The notes under the pieces are model-generated. The model was not told the DNA's origin. It made no database searches and saw only the letters and a program-made list of their open reading frames with translations. DNA of 58,737 bases, filler included, from Nemertoderma westbladi (taxonomy: Eukaryota > Animalia > Xenacoelomorpha), in NCBI GenBank assembly GCA_032718475.1. It is 3 parts of 3 records of this genome, joined end to end, with 100 filler letters (N's around TTAATTAATTAA, not from the genome) between each part and the next. Parts side by side here need not be neighbours in the genome. Positions count along the whole stretch, not along the records: positions 42,190 to 58,737 come from JAUCBJ010004265.1; 2 more parts are not named here. One strand, written 5' to 3'. Positions 51,494 to 58,737 of this stretch are shown piece by piece (the stretch's first letter is position 1; every line of letters starts with the position of its first letter). A program made the translations under genes and the position numbers.

Positions 51494-52380
51494 ATTTACT
51501 TTTCTATTTTACTTTGGATTAACTTGGCCTCAATATGCCATGGATTGGACGAAGCCTACGATTCTACCAAACTTATCATGGTTGAACCTGTTGGTAAGAA
51601 CTGTGTGGAAGAGGGAGGTAACTTAACATTAAGTTATGAACTCTCAAACGATAAAACCGTTAAGGATATAAGTTGGATCGATGGAGGGATTGACGGTTAT
51701 CCTGTACCGGTATTTGAGTTGGACTACGAGGATGGAGAATTAAAACTGTACCGACATGACGGTTATACTAATAATAATTTAATAGTTTCAGTTTCGGGAC
51801 AACCTGTAGTATTCAGAGTTACTTATACTAACGTCCGTGTTACAAGTGAGAGAGAGAAAGGGGGGGTTGATAAAACGGGAGGTTGGGAAACACTGGATGT
51901 GGATAGTCTTAGAGGGCGAGAGGTCAGACCTGAAACAATCAATAGAAATACACGAGTGCGCGGTTAATGCGGAATAGGACCAACAACAACCAACTGATGA
52001 AGGGAAAGATATAGTTGAACCTAACGGCTCAACCTCCATCGCACCCAATATAACAACCACTGGTGTTGTAGAAGATATAGTTGTACCTAACGGCCCAACC
52101 TCAATCGCACCCAATGTAACAACCACTGGTGTTGGAGAAGATATAGTTGAACCTAACGGCCCAACCTCCATCGCACCCGATATAACAACCACTGGTGTTG
52201 GAGAAGATATAGTTGAACCTAATGGCCCAACCTCCATCGCACACAATATAACAACCACTGGTGTTGGAGAAGATATAGTTGAACCTAACGGCTCAACCTC
52301 CATCGCACCCGATATAACAACCACTGGGGTTGGAGAATATATAGTTGAACCTAATGGCCCAACCTTCGTCGCACCCAATT
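51494..52380 (+). pseudogene. Probably damaged paralog of the Ig receptor, with a mucin-like repeat stalk
   Basis: A hydrophobic leader is followed by GLDE...IMVEPVGKNCVEEGGNLTLSY, resembling GLED..IKILPEGRDCLMEGDKLKVVC. The B-strand Cys is Tyr. There is an apparent frameshift near the GA/G run at ~51850-51866 and a TAG at 51975 before the repeats. Confidence 0.55.
52006..52379 (+). repeat. 66-bp coding-type tandem repeat (~5.7 copies)
   Basis: The + strand encodes EDIVEPNGPTSIAPNITTTGVG, which is Pro/Thr-rich with an N-glycosylation sequon. Confidence 0.92.
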
Positions 52381-52499
52381 GTAATCGGGACTATATTATA
52401 GTTTTGTGTTTAGAGGACAGAAGTCTGTTGGACAGTAAGTTGTACCAGTGTTAGGTTAGGTATGTGATATCTGTATAATGTGTACTGGTATAGCTGTAC

Positions 52500-54165
52500 C
52501 GAGATGATATTGTACTTACGATTTTAAAGAAAGGAATTAAGTCACTACCAGAGAATTATCGGGGAATTTCGGTCGCTCCGGCCTTGTCTAAATTGTACGA
52601 CTCCGTCCTTACTGAGCGTTTTAATTTATGGTCGAAACCGTCACAATATCAGGCAGGCGCACAGAAGGGACGAGGCTGTACTGAACAGATATTGTGTGTT
52701 CGTTTGGCAATCGATATTACCATCAAAACAAAGCGAGAGTTATTCATTGCCTTCATCGACTACGAGAAGGCCTATGACAAAGTTGACAGGATAGTCTTAC
52801 TCAGGAGATTGAAACAGATGGGTTGTGGCAGAAGGTTTCTTATGGCTTTATCAGTATCAATGCAGGAGACTATAAATGTAATAGGCAACACAACGTTTGA
52901 GAGTACGGGCGGTGTAGGACAGGGTAAGCCTTCCAGCTGTCCACTATTTTGTACACACATAGACCCTACAATTACAAAAATGGATCGTTTAGGAAAGGAC
53001 AGTTGGCAAGATTCTCTTCATGGAACATTATTAATGGATGACACATGTGTAATGGCTACCTCCCGAGCAAAGTTAACTGATAAACTTAACATCCTCAAAG
53101 ATGTATGCGATGAAATTGGAATGACTTTACATCCTAAAAAGTCGAAATTTCTGACCTCATCCACTCTCGATAGCGACAGAATCCCCATCTTGATAGGGAA
53201 CATCACAATCTCAATTGTATCCTCATATGTCTATTTGGGATCTTTAATATCAATTCACCCCGTAGCGGTTCAAATTGAAGACGAAATTAAGATGCGTATT
53301 GGTAACTGCCACAAATTCACTTCATTCCTCGGCAAAAACTGTGATGCTCCCTTTACCGTGAAGAAGTCAGTATGGCAGGCTGCTCTCCAATCTTCGGTAT
53401 TATACGGATGCGAAACATGGTTATGTAATAACATCAAACCAATTGTTTCAGTGTTTTACAGAACGCTTAAACAACTACTCTCAGTTCGATTAACAACACC
53501 AAATAATCTCGTCCTTATTGAAACTGGCACTGAACATGTCAAGAGTATTATTAAGAATCGGCAGTTAAAGTTCCTGAGGTCATTTTCCTCACGACCTGGA
53601 TATAAAGACAGTTATCATAACTACATTATGAACGAAGCTACATCAGTAAACTCACCAATGGGAAAATACGCCAAAGAGCTATTAGATACGGGTCATGTCA
53701 TGTCGGAACTCCAAGCTGCAAAAGATCGAACTCTTACAGCCATAACGACAAGGTATGTGAATTATGTGGCATACAACCCAACTCAGAAACCCCATGAATT
53801 ATACTCTGACCCTAATGTACCCGAGTGGGTGAGAATCTCATTTTCAAGGATCAGATTTAGTTCCCATCGGCTACCAATGGAAGATACTCCGATGGTCTCG
53901 GATTCCGAGAGAGAATTGTAAATGCTTATGTGGTTCTACCCAATCAGATCATCACATATTCTTTGTCTGCCCACTAACCGAAAGTATTCGCTTGGAATTC
54001 GACTTTCCACCACCATCGTCATCCCTATCCAGAGTATTTGATAACCTCGGAACCCGATCCGCATCAATGTGCCATAAAATTATTAAAGTATTAGAGCCCG
54101 CACAAGTATAAATTAATAACAAGGAAGGGATTAAAATAACCGTAAATTAATAATAAATCAAATAA
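52500..54165 (+). mobile_element. 5'-truncated non-LTR retrotransposon (RTEX-like): RT plus C-terminal zinc motif
   Basis: NYRGIS, FIDYEKAYDKV, GVGQGKPSSCPLF, LMDD, YVYLGS and LYGCETW motifs. After a frameshift near 53885: RWSRIPRENCKCLCG...HHIFFVCP, stop at 54109-54111. Clade assignment is tentative. Confidence 0.82.
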
Positions 54166-54731
54166 TTATGTATACATCTCATTAAGTATAGCCCATTTCA
54201 CGAACACGAACAAAAACGAGCATTATGTGCATATATTGAATTATTCTTTTTTTTCCCCGCATTTTTGCATTACGAAGTGGCGTATAATTGGACTTAATTT
54301 TAAGTGTGTATTGGTGGAGGGTATTATTGCATTTAACGTATGTAGCCAAAGTATCAATGTGCGTGTCTCTATTGGTGAAGGGTTTGAATTACATGCGAGT
54401 TTCCATCTCAAATATTATGTCAATAAACAACTAACTAACTAACTACATAACGTACTTGCAGTTTCAAATATTTGAATAAATAATTATTAACATATCACAA
54501 ATAAATTATTATTACGAGATAAATCAATAAGGTTTATAAAGCCACAATGGTTGAGAAACAATAAACATATTCTACATAATTTAGTACAATATTTTGATAT
54601 ATTAAAATATTAGTTGTGTATAGACGATGCTACAGCTGCTTATTATAAATAAGGTATTATTAATAATTAACCAGGGAAATATATTTAAGATATATATGAT
54701 CTAATTAAAATAATTACTGTTTTATAAGTAA

Positions 54732-54857
54732 TTAGGGAATTATTGTCGAGTGTTCCAGAAGGACTTTGCTGGCTGCATTGAGATCTCCATGGAACACATC
54801 AAGCAACGTCGCACAGTAGCCACTTGTTGCTACTCCCAAACTCATCATCTGTTTGAT
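54732..54857 (-). CDS. Terminal exon of ACK/TNK2-like gene (second half of UBA region)
   Basis: A TTCCTTTCAG acceptor is followed by IKQMMSLGVATSGYCATLLDVFHGDLNAASKVLLEHSTIIP*, resembling the ACK1 C-terminus (VEQLFGLG...C..VLE.F.WNL..A). Phase 0 matches the donor at 55456. Confidence 0.8.
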   Translation of the reverse strand: MKQMMSLGVATSGYCATLLDVFHGDLNAASKVLLEHSTIIP

Positions 54858-55456
54858 CTGAAAGGAATTTATGAAAATATTAACAGTTATATTAACAGTA
54901 AATACCTAATATATTTTAGTTTTAGTTTTAGTTATTTTAGTTTGTTCTACTGTGTTACCCTGGATGCGTATCCATAGTCACTATAGAGAACCTCTATAGG
55001 GTTATGGATGTGCAAGGTGGCGGGTGAGTTAACCTCCACTATGAGGTTATTTATGAAATCCTAATGTTTCCTCTTCCAATTACTCCTAAATGCAACCAAC
55101 AACGTAGACTCCATCCTTGCCCCCACGCCCCCACACCCCCCTGGACAATTATTTTATTCCATTAGATATTACTTTTATAATAATTATTTTAAAAAGCTTC
55201 AAGCAATAAGCTTCAATGAAAAGCTTCAGATAACCCATAGCATAGTGGGGAAGGTAGTTGGTACTCTATTTCATTGTCCATGTCCCATGTCCAGGATAAC
55301 TCTCTATGCCATGCCCCATCCCTGAACCAAGGAAACTCCATAGCTGATGACTTCTACGTCGAAGGGGGGGGGGGGGGGGGGGGGGCTGATAATGGCAAAG
55401 AACTGATAAAAAAATATAAAAAAAAAATTAACTTTATTATTAAATGTGTTACTGAC

Positions 55457-56695
55457 CTTCAGTTTATTTATAGCTACATTGATATCCAAATTATTTTCAA
55501 CCAATGCCTTTCTTGCTTCCTCATCTGTCACTCCATGAACATTGCTGCAGACCATAATGGTTTTCATTGATAATTCACTGCTATTAGGAGACTGAGGGGT
55601 AGAAGTGATCGCTGTGGATGGTTCGTATCCCATTGGTTTTGAGCGATTAGGCGGTGAGTCATAAAGATCGACTAAATCAGATTCTTTTGGGACATAAAAT
55701 CTGGAATTATCAGAGAAATAATCTTCGTGGAGTTCGAGTTTTGGTGGATGTTTTCTGGCCACAACAGGAGATGCTCCTACACTCCGACTGCCATGGATAC
55801 TGTTGCGTTTACTGTTTATTGGAGGTGGAGCTAATTGAAAGTTAAACCCATCATATTCATCTAGTTGGCAGGATGGGTTTTTAGGGTAATCATAATCAAT
55901 AACTCCTCTGTTCATGTATAAAGTGTCATCATTTATGTGGCGTTTTGCAATCATTTTTTCCGGTTTTCCTGGTAAAAGGAAACTGTGTGTAGAACTTACT
56001 TCTTCACCGTGCTGCTTTATAGGCCTAATGTGAGTTGGGAGGGGTTCAAACGATGCATCTTCAGTTGATGGAAAATTTTCAGCAAATTCTATATCTTTAG
56101 GAGACATCAATGGACTCTTTGTAGGAAGAGTAGGATTATCACCTTCTCTTGGTTTTCCACTTGATTCTTCCAAACTAAATTGTTTCATAAGCCCGTATCT
56201 CTTGGAAGTCCTAGGCGACAATTTCCCTGTGAATTCTTTAACTTTACTAACTTTATTAAGAATAGCATTGACTGGGTCTCGCGGCGGTATCTTAGGTCTA
56301 ACAACTGGTTTCTCTTCAGGAACGCCGTCTGTAGCGCCGCGAGGTATCGACAGAGAACGACTGAAATCCCCGGATCCTGTTGATGACCGTGTTGATGATC
56401 GAAATCCTCTATTTTCGCATCCACTTGATTTTCCTACGAAAGGTATCTGAAATCCCTTAGTTTTTCTCATTTTCGGAGAATCTTTGTGTCTTTCACGCTT
56501 GTCATCCTCATCATCACTTTCAATCAATCCTCCCCAATCACTCCCACCACCTTTTGCTTTGTTTTTGATGCGGGTGAAGTTAAGTCTGTCCATAGCACTG
56601 CCGATGCTGAGCTTATCAAACCGACTACTAGAAGGTGAACTAATTGATGCTGGTGATATGGACGCATCATCTGTATGTTTCATATTATTATCCAT
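55457..56695 (-). CDS. ACK/TNK2-like C-terminal region exon: Pro-rich, Mig6-homology segments, UBA start
   Basis: PKIPPRDP, IRPIKQHGEEVSSTHSFLLPGKP (cf. ACK1 [23 protein letters not shown]) and VHGVTDEEARKAL (cf. VHGVTTEECQAAL). The AAG|GTCAGT donor is at 55456; the ORF-track tail beyond it is intron. Confidence 0.8.
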
Positions 56696-58038
56696 TTTGT
56701 CATTGAAAGCTGATGTAACTCACGGAAAGTAGATGTAACTGACTATGAGATCTAAAGTAATCCAATATAGTAAATTACGTTTAGATTGTGGATATAAACA
56801 TTATTTATGATATGACATGTTTGGTTAGTCGATTTGGAAAAAGTTCTAATTCTTATTTTCCTTGGGGTAAAAAACAAGGGGAATATATCGTGCACATATT
56901 TATACTAATACTAAAACCTTCGAATTATAAAATAATATTGTATATAATTGAACAAATAATATTTAATTAAATTGAAATTATTATGAATAAAAAGGTTATA
57001 TATTATATTAAAATGACTGATATTAATAATGTTGCTATTAAATAACTGAGTAAATTTCACAATGTGTACCTCCGGTTGTTGAGATACAGCCTTATGTTTT
57101 CGCCAAAAAAGGCAGTATAACGCAGTGCTCAGATAATGTGTTCACAAAGGCAGGACACAATATAAATTTCAAATATATTACATATAAAATAAGGAAACAA
57201 TTATATAGCAATTATATATTATTAGTTCCGCATTTAAATTGGGGAGTAAATTGGGGACAATGTAAGAGATTAAAGTTCAATATAACAATCTCCATAGAAT
57301 TCAATCTAAACAGTTAATACACTGAACAACTAAATATTTTTTTATCAGACCTGATGATGTCAAAGAGACATATTATTACAGGAATTCATGATTTGTTCAT
57401 GATCTGAAGTTAATTATTTGGACAGTTAATGTTTTGTTAATGTTAATGCATTTGCATCAAGTAAAAGTTTCCATTTTGCTCCTTATGAGAACTATAGTGT
57501 TGGCCATAATATCTGAGGAGGATTTATATATTGGAATTACATTTGGTAGTGATAAAATCAGAGACGTAGCATGTATGGTATCTCACTTTCTCAGCACCCG
57601 GTCTCCAGGGGTAAATGAACTTTTAATAAATAATGAATTGAAACAGATAATAATTTAACTAAATGAACTGTTAATCTCTTCTATAGGCTGGCTAATTTTA
57701 AGGGGTGCCAACTCATAGTTGGTAACAACAGATTTTGCATAAGCGAATTTCAATAATATCAAATATATTATCAAAAATAATCCTAAATTAGATTTGCAAT
57801 TATAAATTGTTATGTGTATCGAAAAATGCAAACCGCACTTTTGAGGGCTTTTAAAAACAAAAAAAAAGTCATGTTGGCATGGCGCCCCATTTGGTTCTCG
57901 CGCAGCTCGATTTCAGCAATCGATTTCTAATGAAATCGATTTTGGCCTACTGCTGTACTGCTGTACCGATACTGCGATACTGCTGTACTGCTGTACTGCT
58001 TACCGGTAACATAATTATTATATTTTATCTCTGCTGCA

Positions 58039-58737
58039 ATGGAAGCGCCTGCATATATAAAACTCCAGGACGATATTATCCACATGATGCGAGAGTTTAA
58101 GAGGAAGAAAGGCACCTCAAACGAAGACGAGAAGAACTTCATGGACATCATAAGAGAAATGTCATCAATGTACACAACAGCCATCAGCAAGGTCGCTACA
58201 TCACGTGAAGAAACTATTCAAGCTAAGGACGAAATAATCAAACTAACGAAGAGAACATACAGCTCCGCTGTATCACATCCCGATTCCACGACCAACCGGA
58301 TGAGGCTGGAGTGCCAAACCCCGGTAGGGAATCGGCCGTCAACAGTTCAATGTCAAGGAACCCAGCCGGCTGACTACATGCAACACGTCTCCGAGAACAA
58401 CGATTATCCACACCCACGGCAACCTGCAATTCGCGGCACAAAGACTGCCACTAGTCTTAATGTGGCGCCACGCCGGGTCAACCAACGTGTCAGGACACAG
58501 CAGTTAGCCCACATTTATGTGGGTAGGTTTAATCAAAACGTAACTGCCGACAATGTCAAACAGTACTTAAGAGATGAAGGTATACCGTTCACGGATATGC
58601 TTGCGACGCCACAACCCCTGCACAGGCATTCCGAGTCCGACGACAAGGTGTCAAACTCGTTCCATATTACATGCACTCAAGATGACCGCGCAAATCTAAT
58701 GGATCCTGCAAACTGGGAAGAAAATTGCGTAATACGA
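58039..58737 (+). CDS. LINE ORF1-like protein (partial, open to window end; absent from the ORF track)
   Basis: 233 open codons from ATG 58039: coiled region, TYSSAV, then HIYVGRFNQNVTADNVKQYL...SFHIT...LMDPANWEENCVIR, resembling the RRM-like C-terminus of CR1-group/RTEX ORF1. Confidence 0.7.
   Translation, partial: MEAPAYIKLQDDIIHMMREFKRKKGTSNEDEKNFMDIIREMSSMYTTAISKVATSREETIQAKDEIIKLTKRTYSSAVSHPDSTTNRMRLECQTPVGNRPSTVQCQGTQPADYMQHVSENNDYPHPRQPAIRGTKTATSLNVAPRRVNQRVRTQQLAHIYVGRFNQNVTADNVKQYLRDEGIPFTDMLATPQPLHRHSESDDKVSNSFHITCTQDDRANLMDPANWEENCVIR

Noticed and set aside
51788-52378. 196-aa minus-strand repeat ORF
   Set aside because: It is the antisense shadow of the 66-bp repeat; the plus-strand reading fits a mucin stalk following the Ig-like domain.
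55304-55456. Hydrophobic/poly-Pro C-terminus of the 463-aa ORF as a TM segment
   Set aside because: It is read-through into an intron containing a homopolymer tract; homology continues in the exon at 54857.

Overview
This is AT-rich animal (metazoan) genomic DNA, not prokaryotic. It consists of three contigs (1-25107, 25208-42089, 42190-58737) joined by artificial 100-bp N44-TTAATTAATTAA-N44 linkers, so adjacency across the linkers is meaningless. Contig 1 holds the 5' end of a BEL/Pao LTR retrotransposon, LINE fragments, an Ig-like exon, a near-identical 5,166-bp tandem duplication and about 16.5 kb of a CpG-rich 55-bp satellite (roughly 300 units) with a 5'-truncated RTE-like LINE inserted into it. 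Contig 2 holds a second, diverged BEL/Pao copy whose gag-protease and pol are split by a ~1-kb insert with 7-bp direct repeats, a degenerate RTE-like LINE, a minisatellite fused to an RTE 3' tail, and an intronless ARID4-family gene. Contig 3 holds a CR1/L2-group LINE, non-autonomous DNA elements, an intronless Ig-domain receptor and a damaged paralog, an RTEX-like LINE, an ACK/TNK2-like gene region (Mig6-homology plus UBA, no kinase visible) and a LINE ORF1. The strongest candidates for something undescribed are (i) tandem-repeat arrays that appear to be mobilised through the 3' tail of a (TAG)n-tailed RTE LINE, (ii) the split BEL gag/pol with a structured spacer and a very long covarying leader, and (iii) a possibly kinase-less ACK/Mig6-like protein. 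All family assignments come from motif recognition by eye; no database searches were run.
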